From NCBI GenBank assembly GCA_050010535.1, contig JBEKKT010000001.1, positions 1,372-65,371 of the forward strand: a stretch of 64,000 nucleotides of DNA. Reading direction: 5' to 3'. The DNA is from Methanomassiliicoccales archaeon. GTDB lineage: Archaea > Thermoplasmatota > Thermoplasmata > Methanomassiliicoccales > JACIVX01. The notes under the pieces were generated by a model that saw only the letters and a program-made list of their open reading frames with translations, was not told the DNA's origin and did no database searches. The position numbers and the translations under genes are program-made. Positions 46,209 through 56,627 of this stretch are shown in pieces. Numbering within the stretch: the stretch's first letter is position 1; each line of letters starts with the position of its first letter.

Positions 46209-49165
46209 GTCTCTCCTCCGAGCAAGGCGTTGATAGCCTCCGTAAGCTGGCCGTCGGTAAAACCTTTAGCCTCGATGGCGTTCGAAGGGCAGGAGACGGC
46301 GCAGACGCCGCACCCCTTACACAGCAATGGGTTGATCTCAGAGACCTTCCGATTTCCGACTACATTGAGTCTGACGGCGCCGAACTTGCACAGCGCTTCG
46401 CATTCTCCACAGCCCCTGCACCTCTCGTTATCAACCATGCAAACGATCGGCGATGACAGAAGCGATTTCTTGCACAGGATCGACGAGGCTTTCGCCGCCG
46501 CAGCCGACCCTTGAATAATAGACTCGTTCGCAGTCATGGGACACTGAGCGCAGCCCGCTACGTATATACCATCAATGGCGAACTCGACAGGGGCCAGCTT
46601 GGGGTGTCTCTCGAGGAAGAATCCCTCACGCGAGACCGGGACCTTCAGAATCCTACTAAGCTCCGCGATCGAAGCGGATGGCGTCATGCCGATTCCCAAA
46701 ACTACTAGATCCGTCGGAAGAGACAGGTCGCCATCGACAGAGGAATGGACTTCCAGTCTTCCCGCATTCATTCTAGGTATCTCATCGTACTGGAAGAATC
46801 GAACGCCCTCTTGGCACGCTTTCTTGTAGAGCTCCTCCGCCCCTCTCTGGAAGAACATCAGGTCCCTGTACAATACGTTCACTTCCTTACCCTCATGTCG
46901 GAGTGCGAGGGCCTGTTCTAGAGTCTTCAGGCAGCAGAATCGCGAGCATCCGAAACGCTCGTTCCGAACCCCAATGCACTGAACAAAAGACACCCTGGCC
47001 GGGATCACATCACTGCTTCCGAGCATCCCGTCGAGGGCGACGCTAGTCACGGCGCCGGCGATGTTGAGGTCGCCGACCGGAGCGGGGTCACCACCCGGAG
47101 CGAGGATGATTACTGCCGCCACCAACTCCGTCCCGTCAGACAATATGATCCGGAAGTTCCCAACGGAACCTTCGACGCTGTCCACGTGAGTGCCAGTCAT
47201 CACGCGGACTCCTCGCATACCGGTAAAGTCGACCAGCTTTCTCGTCAAAGGAGCGGCTCGGATGCCATTCGTGACCTCCTGAGTCGACGCCATGAGACCC
47301 CCGAGCCCGTCAGATTTCTCGATTAGGGTTACCTCATGACCTTGAACAGCCAGGTCCGTTGCAGCGACCATTCCTGCCAACCCACCGCCCACAACCAGAG
47401 CACTCCGCCTCAGTGAGATAGGGATGGGTTGCAACGGTTCTAGAAGGGTGGCCTTGGCCACTCCCATTCGCACCAGCTCCGCCGCCTTCCTCGTCGCCTC
47501 CTCCGGCTCGTGCCTGTGCACCCAGGAGCACTGGTCCCGGATGTTGACCATTTCCAAAAGATACGGATTGAGACCCGCCTTTGCGAGTGTGGAACGGAAT
47601 ATCGGCTCGTGTGTTCGCGGCGAACAGGAGGCGACGACCACCCTGTTGAGCCGTTCTTCCTCGATCTTCTTCGCGATGTCACCCAATGCGCTCTCGGAGC
47701 ATGAGAAAAGGTTCTCTTCCGCAAGCACGACGCAGGGAAGCCTCTTCGCCGACGCCACCACCGCAGGAACGTCAACGACCGATGCGATATTCGTTCCGCA
47801 CCTGCACACGAATACACCTACACGGAGGTCCTCTTGAGTAACATCTCTGAACGATTCGACGTCGACATCGGTCGGCTCTCTGTTCGGGAAGAGCGAAAGC
47901 GTCTGTGCCGCCGCCGCTGAGGCTTCGCACACGCTGTCTGGAATGTCCTTCGGTCCTGTCGAACATCCGGCAGCGAAAATTCCTTTCTTCGTCGTCTGGA
48001 CCGGTCTTCCATCGGCGAGGGCAACCTCTAGGAATCCATCCTCGCCCACCGCGATACCGAGAGCTCCTGCCAATTCGCTTAGACCCTTGGATGGCACGGC
48101 GGCCATAGCGAGAACGACCATCTCTGCGTCGATGATCTCGATCTCTCCTGATGTGACGTCTTCAACCTTGATCTGGAGACCAGTTTCGTCTCCAGACACC
48201 TCGGCCACTCTGCCCTTGAGGAACTTCACCCCCTCCTCCCTGGCCCTGTCTCGGTACCGGTCGAAGTCCTTTCCATAGGTTCGCAGATCGATGTAGCAGA
48301 TGCGAATGCTGTCAATCGAAGGCTCATGCTCCAGCGCAACGAGCGCTTGCTTTATCGACGCCATGCAACAGAATCTTGAACAGTGAGCGCAGAACCGTGA
48401 ATCCCGCGAACCGATGCACTGCGCGAAGACGATCGAGCGCGGAGGTCTCTCCTTTCCAGGCACCACGAGCTTTCCGCCGGTAGGTCCGGAGGGGCTAAGG
48501 AGCCGTTCGAACTCCAAGCCTGTGAGAACGCCCGGATGCACGCCATGACCATAGCTCGCTAGTAGACAGGGGTCGAGCTGGTCGTATCCAGTGGCGACGA
48601 TGACTGCACCCACCTCGATCTCCTCCACCGACTCGGACATCTCGAAGTCGACCGCGCCGGCAGGGCAGACCCTCTTGCAAATGCCGCAACGACCCTTCGT
48701 CAGGAAAAGACAGCGCTCCGGGTCGATGGCGTACTTGAGAGGGACAGCCTGCGCGAATGGAATGAAAATGGATCTCCTCTCACCGAGCTCCATGTCGAAC
48801 TCGCTCGGCACTCTCGTCGGGCACTTCTCCGCACAGATACCGCACCCGACGCACTTCTCCTCCCTAACGTATCTGGGTCTGTGACGGATTGTAAGCACGA
48901 AATCAGGGCTCTCGCCTTCCAAACGCGTGACCTCAGACAGCGTCATGGTTTTTATGAGAGGATGCCTGGAGGCCTCGACCAGCTTTGGGGAAAGTATGCA
49001 GGTGGAACAATCGTTGGTAGGGAATGTCTTATCTAGCTGCGCCATCCGACCACCGAGGCTCGGGCTGCGCTCGATGATGTATGCCTGAATACCGGCGTTG
49101 GCGACATCCAACGCAGCCTGAACACCCGCTATCCCTCCCCCGACGACCGCAACAGCCGCTGGCAT
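46205..49165 (-). CDS. hdrA: Large HdrA-like flavoprotein with two FAD domains
   Basis: GGGIAG, LDKTFPTNDC, CSRFCC; internal N-terminal-type domain; second GGGLAG and CSRFCC; C-terminal ferredoxin. Confidence 0.92.
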   Translation of the reverse strand: MPAAVAVVGGGIAGVQAALDVANAGIQAYIIERSPSLGGRMAQLDKTFPTNDCSTCILSPKLVEASRHPLIKTMTLSEVTRLEGESPDFVLTIRHRPRYVREEKCVGCGICAEKCPTRVPSEFDMELGERRSIFIPFAQAVPLKYAIDPERCLFLTKGRCGICKRVCPAGAVDFEMSESVEEIEVGAVIVATGYDQLDPCLLASYGHGVHPGVLTGLEFERLLSPSGPTGGKLVVPGKERPPRSIVFAQCIGSRDSRFCAHCSRFCCMASIKQALVALEHEPSIDSIRICYIDLRTYGKDFDRYRDRAREEGVKFLKGRVAEVSGDETGLQIKVEDVTSGEIEIIDAEMVVLAMAAVPSKGLSELAGALGIAVGEDGFLEVALADGRPVQTTKKGIFAAGCSTGPKDIPDSVCEASAAAAQTLSLFPNREPTDVDVESFRDVTQEDLRVGVFVCRCGTNIASVVDVPAVVASAKRLPCVVLAEENLFSCSESALGDIAKKIEEERLNRVVVASCSPRTHEPIFRSTLAKAGLNPYLLEMVNIRDQCSWVHRHEPEEATRKAAELVRMGVAKATLLEPLQPIPISLRRSALVVGGGLAGMVAATDLAVQGHEVTLIEKSDGLGGLMASTQEVTNGIRAAPLTRKLVDFTGMRGVRVMTGTHVDSVEGSVGNFRIILSDGTELVAAVIILAPGGDPAPVGDLNIAGAVTSVALDGMLGSSDVIPARVSFVQCIGVRNERFGCSRFCCLKTLEQALALRHEGKEVNVLYRDLMFFQRGAEELYKKACQEGVRFFQYDEIPRMNAGRLEVHSSVDGDLSLPTDLVVLGIGMTPSASIAELSRILKVPVSREGFFLERHPKLAPVEFAIDGIYVAGCAQCPMTANESIIQGSAAAAKASSILCKKSLLSSPIVCMVDNERCRGCGECEALCKFGAVRLNVVGNRKVSEINPLLCKGCGVCAVSCPSNAIEAKGFTDGQLTEAINALLGGET

Positions 49166-49472
49166 CAGATTCTGCTCCAGAACTTGGTCGTTGTAGGCAT
49201 CACAGTCCAAAAAACCTTTCTACGTCAGAAATCGGCATTCAAAACTCGTCTGGCTCGCCGAAGCGCTCGTCCGTCTTCTTCCTTGCCCGTTCCCCAACGC
49301 CCGTGCACCGCTGCGCGGGCCCTTTCCAATTTTTCATGCAATGTCAGGAGAAGGACTGGGCTCAAGGAGATTCGGAGTAATCGACTGCCTCCTTCTTCCA
49401 TTGACGTCCACATGCCCGTTCTTGAGGTCCCGAGTGAGTTGAAAATGACCCTGTCTTGTCATTTATGATTTT

Positions 49473-49773
49473 TCACTTACCTAAGCTTTCTAACGCTTCC
49501 TGAGCGAAATTTAGAGATGGGTCGATTTTTATCGCTTGCTTAAGCAGCGAACGGGCTTTCTGAACATTACCAATCTTTTTCATTATTAATCCTAAAGTAC
49601 CAATCGCAGGTGCAAAACCTGGATCGATTTCAAGAGCCTTAGTAACGGCTTCCTCTGCTTTATCATAAGATTTGGCATGTATGAAGCACGATGCAAGACT
49701 CGTGTAGTTCGAGGGATTTCTTCCGCCGCGATCCATACTTTTTCGCCAGGTTCTTCAAGTCGTCATCATTCAT
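49473..49773 (-). pseudogene. TPR protein fragment
   Basis: Two TPR-like repeats (ALEIDP, AIKIDP). The ATG with an RBS at 49773 is out of frame with the repeats. AT-rich. Confidence 0.55.
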
Positions 49774-50075
49774 CCTCTCCCCTCCACTCAGTGAACCTTG
49801 GATGGTATGAGTGTTGAATACGTTAAGCAAATGCCCAATGACGGTCCTCCCTCGTCACGGACCTACAAGAATCTAGATTTGATGACCTTGGGCCCACCGT
49901 TTTTCCATTATGTTATCCGGAGTCCCATAGAACAAGATTTCCGTGAGTCTGGTGCAACACTAGAGGATGAAATGTTGCGTTTCTTCCTCGATTCCGCCTC
50001 CAGCTTCTAAAGAGACACAATGATAATGTAACACCATGTAACCACAGAAATACAAAATGTTGCATATCTTCCATC

Positions 50076-50189
50076 ATGGGGTCTCGTGACAACGCCCTCG
50101 ACGATCAGGAGCTTGAGCAGCTCCTCGTAGCCTTCGACCCGAAGAGGCCTAAGGAGCGCATATTGTCTGCTCGATCAAATTCCTCTTAA
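50076..50189 (+). pseudogene. Possible tyrosine-integrase N-terminal fragment
   Basis: MGSRDNALDDQELEQLLVAFDPKRPKERIL resembles the L..E...LL.A....R segment preceding the first catalytic Arg; truncated. Confidence 0.45.
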
Positions 50190-51468
50190 TCGCTAGATGC
50201 TGTGTTGGTGTTTTGAACGTCTTAAGGCGAATTCTGCGTTTTTTCTTAACTCCCACTTAAGCAATGACGAATAGCAGCCGCTCGAACGCAACCAATCGGT
50301 TCTTAACTTCCTAACTCTCGCTTCCCGATGCCTGTTGGGAAGGCGTCAAAGCATCGCGCAACGCGCAGAAATCGGTTTCATATTGCTTCGAACGGCTCTT
50401 CTCTTCTCGTCAACAGAGAGGGACTGTGCCAAGACTAGCCCGCCCATCGGGGTTTTAACATATGTGGGGCCCGCTTCGTCTGAGTATTTTCTAGTGAAAT
50501 CAGTCATTTTTGGTCTACAGGCGGATTCGTCGAAAGATATGTCTTCACGTTAGTCTCAAGATTCGACTTCGACTCAATACTACACCTGATCCTGCGCCGC
50601 AACAAATACTTGACATCTGGAGATTAAGCGTACATCGGGGCGCCGATTTTGCTCGATCACCTTCACGCGTCTGCTACCGATGCAGAGATGAAACCGAACA
50701 AAGCGTATTGACGATCGCGTTAGATCGCAGATTAGCAGATCGGGTACCCTGTTTCGGTTCTTAAGACGTTAACAATCATTTGTAAATCTGTAGTCGCTCC
50801 CCACGGGATTCGGTGTTCTCAAAGATGAACCGCACAAGTGCTCGGTTGTTTTTGAGCAGCTCTGTTATCTTGTTATCGAAGGAGATAATAATGCAGGAAG
50901 GCCGGCATCAAGAACATCGCCGCTCCGAGAAAGATGAAGGAAGGAAGGGTTGAAAAGAAGAGTTTCAAGATCTGCTCGGAGATGAGTCCTTGCAAAGGTA
51001 GGACGTCCGCAGGGCCATCGAGAGCGGTGAATACCCGGACATTCTGTTGGTTAAGGACGGTGTCAAGAACTTGAATCCCTCAAGACACAGAGTCCCACGC
51101 TCAAGAGTGAATCTCCGCTCTTCCTCTTCCAGGTCCGACTCATCTTTTTCTTACTGAAGAGCATCAACCGTGATCTTGTTGCACAGATGGATGTTCGTTT
51201 CTGAAACTCTGCCCTTTGAGGCGTAACTGCCAATCAGGCCCTATGCAGACGGATTCTTCACCCATGTGAGTGTATTACTGCGACGCACCAATCGTTCTTA
51301 CATCTGCAGACTGAAACAGGAAATGCTAAACCACCGAGCCCCGATATTCCATCGTGCGTAGGATAATAGACGACTCCGTTTTGACTCAATCTCAAGAAGA
51401 ACTCGATGAGACTGGTGGGCATGTATCCTCGTTGGCTAATCTTGTGTTCGATTCGAAACATGTTTCCA

Positions 51469-51580
51469 TTGAGTCTCGTCGACGAATCGTATGTCGTAGA
51501 ACGCTCTCCTCTTGAGCGCTTCCACCAACCATATCCAGGAGTGCGAGGATCCTGGCCCGATGTAGATCGCGATCCTCGAC
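51469..51580 (-). pseudogene. BPL-N (glutamine amidotransferase-like) domain fragment
   Basis: IAIYIGPGSSHSWIW..F.DIRFVD, then similarity ends. Confidence 0.45.
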
Positions 51581-51740
51581 ACGCTGGACTGATGCCTTAG
51601 ATTCGACTCCCGGCATTCCCCGGCGGAAACGATCTTCATCGTGCCACAGAAAAGACTGAATGATGAGCGATACAAAAAGGTTTTTAACAAACCCCGGATA
51701 AAGGCTAAAAGGACATCTGCGTTTCAGGGAGTGGGACTCC

Positions 51741-52442
51741 ATGAAGATCGTCGGATTCGCCAAGACATCGCTCCTCGACTGGGATGGGTGCGTTGCCGCC
51801 ACGGTATACATCGCGGGTTGCAACTTCCGCTGTCCTTTCTGCCACAACAGGGACCTCGTATTGAACCCCGAGAACCTTGAGGAGATACCCCTGACCAAGG
51901 TCCAGGGATACCTAGAATCCAACAAGGAGTTCCTGGACGGCATTGTGATCACCGGGGGAGAGCCGACGATACACGCTGAGCTTCCCAATTTCGTTAAGGT
52001 ACTGAGAGATAGTGGCATGGAGATTAAGCTCGACACGAACGGCAGCAATCCGGAAATGATCGAGGACCTTCTCGATGCGGGGCTGCTCAACTACATCGCA
52101 ATGGACCTGAAGAGTCCGGTGAACTCGAAGTACTCCGACTTGATTGGAGTGAGCGCCCCACTCGAGAAGATCAAGAAATCGATATTGCTCATCATGGATT
52201 CCTCGATCGACTACGAGTTCAGAACGACGGTCGTTCCGGTTCTTCTGACGGAGAAAGAAATCGAAGCGATGGCGGCGTATATCGGTGGCGCGAGGAAATA
52301 TACGCTGCAACAGTTCAGACCGAAGAACACCATCGACACGAATCTCACTGTCATCGATCCGTATCCGACCGAGAGGTTGCAGGGTATGGCGGATATTGCC
52401 AGGCAGTACGTGAAGAAGGTAGTCGTGAGAGGAGAGATCTAG
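51741..52442 (+). CDS. nrdG: Anaerobic ribonucleotide reductase activating protein (radical SAM)
   Basis: GCNFRCPFCHN, TGGEPT, KLDTNGS, YEFRTTV. Confidence 0.88.
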   Translation: MKIVGFAKTSLLDWDGCVAATVYIAGCNFRCPFCHNRDLVLNPENLEEIPLTKVQGYLESNKEFLDGIVITGGEPTIHAELPNFVKVLRDSGMEIKLDTNGSNPEMIEDLLDAGLLNYIAMDLKSPVNSKYSDLIGVSAPLEKIKKSILLIMDSSIDYEFRTTVVPVLLTEKEIEAMAAYIGGARKYTLQQFRPKNTIDTNLTVIDPYPTERLQGMADIARQYVKKVVVRGEI

Positions 52443-52542
52443 AGGACATTATCGGATTCGAGAACATCGTCCAATGTTTTTAGTACCCCCCTTCCTCTTA
52501 ATTCAAGCTTAGAATGAAATACGACCTACCCAAATCTGATCC

Positions 52543-53271
52543 TTGGAGGAGGTCCGATTGACATCAAATGAGAGACTTAAGACGTATGTTGAGGGTTTCG
52601 ACAAGATACTGGAAGGCGGTGTTCCAGCCGGACAAGTTGTTCTCGTATCCGGGACACCTGGAACGATGAAGTCGTCCCTGACATACTACATGCTCTACCA
52701 CCACGCAAAAGAGAACGGTAGGACCGGCGTCTACGTTACGTTGGAACAGTCGAGAGAGAGCCTCGTCCGCCAGATGGAGAAGATGGGGATGAAGGCGAAG
52801 GACGTCGGAGAAAAGCTGAACGTCCTGGACCTGGGCCTCATACGGAAGAAGCTTAAGCAGATCTCTGGCGGCGGCTCATGGATGCAGGTCTTCAAGTCGT
52901 ACCTCGAGAACCTGAAAGAGAACCTGAAGTACGATCTCCTTGCAATCGATTCCCTGGACGTGCTCGAGACCATGGCCGACATAGAGAACCGCAGGACCGA
53001 ACTCTTCTACCTCTTCGATTGGTTGAGAGGGCTCGATGCAACTGTACTCCTCATCTCGGAGGCGTCTCCTGAGAAGATACTAGAAGGCTCTTTCGCTGAA
53101 GGCTATCTTTCGGATGGCATCATATCGCTCAAGATGCAGGTTGTTAGGGAAGTGGAGACCCAGAGGCGTATCAGATGCGTCAAGATGAGGGAGACGAATC
53201 ACGATCCTTCGTACTTTTCTCTTCTCTTCACTGGAGGCAAGTTCCAGGTTACTAAAGTGATAAGCGAATGA
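52543..53271 (+). CDS. KaiC/RAD55-like ATPase
   Basis: GTPGTMKS, TLEQ, IDSL, KMRET. Confidence 0.88.
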   Translation: MEEVRLTSNERLKTYVEGFDKILEGGVPAGQVVLVSGTPGTMKSSLTYYMLYHHAKENGRTGVYVTLEQSRESLVRQMEKMGMKAKDVGEKLNVLDLGLIRKKLKQISGGGSWMQVFKSYLENLKENLKYDLLAIDSLDVLETMADIENRRTELFYLFDWLRGLDATVLLISEASPEKILEGSFAEGYLSDGIISLKMQVVREVETQRRIRCVKMRETNHDPSYFSLLFTGGKFQVTKVISE

Positions 53272-53285
53272 CGCCTGGTGTCTGA

Positions 53286-54803
53286 ATGGCGAAGAGATTC
53301 GAATGTCCTAGATGCGGCGCCGGTGTAAGACCTGACGATACACAATGTGGGCGCTGCGGCGAGGTCCTTGTCGAGGAGGACGGCATTGAGACTAGATCCA
53401 CCCAGTTGCCTTCGACGGTAACAGTTGAGAAGGTAATTAGTGAGGAGCAGACATCGATACGTCTCGGACAGTCTGACTACCTTTCGATCTCAAGGCAGAA
53501 GAAGCTTCTTGAAGAAAGAGAACTCGATCTCGTAAGGCGAAGCAAGGAGCTCGCCGACAGGGAAACCCAGATCCTAGCATCGATTGAAAACCTCGAGAAA
53601 GATACGAAATCACTGGAGGAATCGGTCAGGAGGTTCGAGGCCGACGACATGGGTCTTAGAGAAAGGGAGGAAGCCCTGAAGGAGAAAGAAGCGGAGTTGG
53701 AAGCGCTGGCGGCGAAGCTCGACAAAGGCATGAAGGATCTGGAGACGTGCAATCGGGCCGCTGAGGACAATGCACTCGCGTCGGAAGGACTCGATAGACT
53801 GTTCACTCTCCGAGAGGACTGCGAGAGGACGCTCAGAGAAGATAGAAAGCGCCTCCGAAAGCAGGTCGAGGAAGATCTGAAGGCTCGCCTCGAGAGAATG
53901 GATCAGATGGAGGAGCAGCTCAAAGCCGCCCCGGCCAGTCTGGGAGAGAAGGAGGCGGCGGAAGGGAGAGTCTCGGCCGTTGCCTTCGGCGTGAGATCTG
54001 AGAGCGAAGCAATCGACGATGCTACCATACGGAATCTGATCCGGGACATCGATAAGGAGCTCAGAGAACAGGTCGCATCAGCACCAAAGGGAACGAAAGA
54101 ACAGAGAATACAGACCCACATCGAGAAGTTGGATGCGATTCTCGACGGCGGGATACCCTCGCACTATATCGTTCTGTTGAACGGCACGGCCGGGTCTATG
54201 AAGTCGACGATCGCCTATCACATGCTGCACTACAACGCTGTCAAGAATGGGATCAGGGGAATGTACTTCTCCCTCGAGCAAACGAGGGATTCATTGATAC
54301 GTCAGATGGAGCACCTCGGAATGCTGAGAGAAGAGTCGAAAGAGAACATGATGGTCGTCGACATGGTTGATCTCAGAAAATCGATGAAGGAAAAAGAAGG
54401 AGACTGGCGCGACATCCTCCTGAGATATGTGAAGAACGTCTACGCCAAGAAGAGCTTCGATCTGTTCGTATTAGATTCGCTCGAGTCGTTCAAAGCGCTG
54501 ACGGAATTCGAACTCACGAGGTCTGACCTCAAGGACCTCTTCGACTGGTTCAATTCGATGAACCTGACAACACTACTGATCTCCGAGAGGACCATGGACT
54601 CTCTCCTTGAGGAAGAAGAGGACGAGTTATATCTGGCCGACGGGGCCATCGACCTCATTATGAAGGAGGTCGAACACGGCAAGGTCCAAAGGTGGCTAAG
54701 GTGCATGAAGATGAGGGGCGTCAACGTCGACACACGGTACTACGCTTTTTATCACGACGTGGAACAGTTCAACCTTTCGGTGCCCCTGGTCGGGACATCC
54801 TGA
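53286..54803 (+). CDS. Zinc ribbon plus coiled coil plus KaiC-like ATPase domain protein
   Basis: CPRC..CGRC, long E/K/L-rich helix, GTAGSMKS, SLEQ, LDSL, KMRG. Confidence 0.85.
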   Translation: MAKRFECPRCGAGVRPDDTQCGRCGEVLVEEDGIETRSTQLPSTVTVEKVISEEQTSIRLGQSDYLSISRQKKLLEERELDLVRRSKELADRETQILASIENLEKDTKSLEESVRRFEADDMGLREREEALKEKEAELEALAAKLDKGMKDLETCNRAAEDNALASEGLDRLFTLREDCERTLREDRKRLRKQVEEDLKARLERMDQMEEQLKAAPASLGEKEAAEGRVSAVAFGVRSESEAIDDATIRNLIRDIDKELREQVASAPKGTKEQRIQTHIEKLDAILDGGIPSHYIVLLNGTAGSMKSTIAYHMLHYNAVKNGIRGMYFSLEQTRDSLIRQMEHLGMLREESKENMMVVDMVDLRKSMKEKEGDWRDILLRYVKNVYAKKSFDLFVLDSLESFKALTEFELTRSDLKDLFDWFNSMNLTTLLISERTMDSLLEEEEDELYLADGAIDLIMKEVEHGKVQRWLRCMKMRGVNVDTRYYAFYHDVEQFNLSVPLVGTS

Positions 54804-54883
54804 AGCGTGTGGAAATCAGATTTGCGAGACAGCGACGAAAAATTAAATAGCCTCAGACCACTTAACCGCTATCCGGGAGGATA

Positions 54884-55603
54884 ATGACAGCGCAGATCGA
54901 GCGGGTGCGGACGTTCATTCACAATTTTGACGAAAACCTGCAAGGGGGAATACCGAAAGGCCAGGTGGTTTTGATTACCGGCACCCCGGGCACGATGAAA
55001 TCCTCCCTCGCGTATAGCATTCTCTACAGGAACGCGCTCGAGAACAAGATCAAGAGCGTGTACATGACCCTCGAGCAATCGAGAGAGAACCTCATACAAC
55101 AGATGGCGACGATGGGAATGGACGATGAGGCTGTGAAGGAGTATGTCCACGTTCTGGACCTGGGCCTTATAAGGAAAAGCCTGACGCAGATCAGTGCGAA
55201 GGGGACTTGGCTTCAGGTCTTCAAAATGTATGCGGACAGCCTGAAGCACAGCATTGGATACGAGATCCTAATCCTGGACTCGCTGGATGTCCTTGAGATG
55301 GCCGCGCAGATGGGCGAGAGTCGACGCACGGAGCTGTTCTACCTGTTCGAATGGCTCAGGAATCTGGGTATCACATCCTTCCTGATCTCCGAGACTTCGC
55401 CGGAAGCGATGCTCGAGAACAAGTATGACGAAGGATACCTGGCGGACGGTGTGATAAGCCTCAAACTTCAGGAGATTGGCGAGACGGACATTCAGAGACG
55501 CATAAGGGCGGTCAAACTGAGAAGCACGAACCACAAGACCGGATACTTCTCTCTCCTGTTCAGTGACGGAGTGTTCCGCGCGACCCAGGTAATAACGGAA
55601 TAG
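54884..55603 (+). CDS. KaiC/RAD55-like ATPase (paralog of 52543..53271)
   Basis: GTPGTMKS, TLEQ, LDSLDVLE, RRTELFYLF, KLRST. Confidence 0.88.
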   Translation: MTAQIERVRTFIHNFDENLQGGIPKGQVVLITGTPGTMKSSLAYSILYRNALENKIKSVYMTLEQSRENLIQQMATMGMDDEAVKEYVHVLDLGLIRKSLTQISAKGTWLQVFKMYADSLKHSIGYEILILDSLDVLEMAAQMGESRRTELFYLFEWLRNLGITSFLISETSPEAMLENKYDEGYLADGVISLKLQEIGETDIQRRIRAVKLRSTNHKTGYFSLLFSDGVFRATQVITE

Positions 55604-55691
55604 ACGGTTCGGCGGCGGTCTGAAGATGGAACGCGTTAGCCAGATAATACCGTCAAAGATTAATAGCAGGTAGATGTTTTTCCGATTTCAA

Positions 55692-55764
55692 GGGCTCATG
55701 GTCTAGCGGTTATGACGTTTGCCTCACACGCAGAAGGTCGCCGGTTCGAATCCGGCTGAGCCCA
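55692..55764 (+). tRNA. tRNA-Val(CAC)
   Basis: GGGCTCA/TGAGCCC acceptor, TTTGC-CT-CAC-AC-GCAGA anticodon arm, GCCGG-TTCGAAT-CCGGC T arm. Confidence 0.95.
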
Positions 55765-56339
55765 CTTTTGACCCTCTGGCATTTTCTCAATCAGGCAGAA
55801 TTGAAATTCTCAGACAGGGGGCCAACCATTGGCATATAAGTCGATTCGTTCCGCACCGATATGCAAGCGTGAGTGCAGCATTCAATCAACTAGATTTCGG
55901 TATTGAGTCGAATGATGATTACAACTGGGGCTAGAGTTGTGTCTGATAAAAGTCCACTTCCCTATTTGTTAAAAGATGTTATCAATTGGGTCAAGACTTA
56001 TTTCCTGACCGAGGTGTGGTTCCCGATGAAAGTTCACGGGAGATGCCACCCTTGCAATATCAGAAATGGGTTTTTCGGTGCGATAAGTGTCGCTTATCGC
56101 ACAGGTATATCCGCTACCGAGTAGCGGATATGATAGATTGGTTTCCCAACATTGCTGTGGGATGCGACCGCGAGATAACAGGTTGTTGGTTCTCGCTCGA
56201 CCGCGGTGGAAATTCGATACGACCTTGTAATAGTGCGGGCTCTTGCGACGATTCTCAAGAAGAGATCATGATTGCGGTCAACACTGTTAAAAAATGGCGG
56301 GGTCACTTAGCATCTCTCGCTAATGTATGGATCTGTGCC

Positions 56340-56568
56340 TCAGGGCCCAGCCTCGGAAAGTGCATCAGATCGGCCTACTAGTGTCCCTGGCCGAATGGGA
56401 ATCGACATCACCCATCTTGCCATATCCATCATGGAACATAGGACGGTATGTAATGAGGATGAAGCCGATGCTGATGGGGATGGAAGTGACTCCGATGCCT
56501 AGCGAGTTCAACGTATCGAATGTCTCGAGAATTACCACTCTCGGGCCGGTAACGATGAGCATGGCAAG
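56340..56568 (-). pseudogene. Degenerate Acr3 arsenite-transporter N-terminal relic
   Basis: LAMLIVTG..LNSLGIGVTSIPISIGFILITYRP..Y.KMGDV resembles the Acr3 LAM..G..IPIAIGLILMMYPP..YE segment. Confidence 0.5.
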
Positions 56569-56627
56569 AGTTTTATCACAAGATCTTGTTACGACACCGA
56601 AAACGGGTGCTGTTTCTGAAGACGAGG

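Noticed and set aside
45510-46514. 334-aa plus-strand ORF
   Set aside because: Antisense shadow of hdrA, mvhD and the hdrD-like gene.
49166-49440. Sec/Pyl read-through supplying the missing HdrA N-terminal domain
   Set aside because: The upstream translation shows no HdrA-like sequence.
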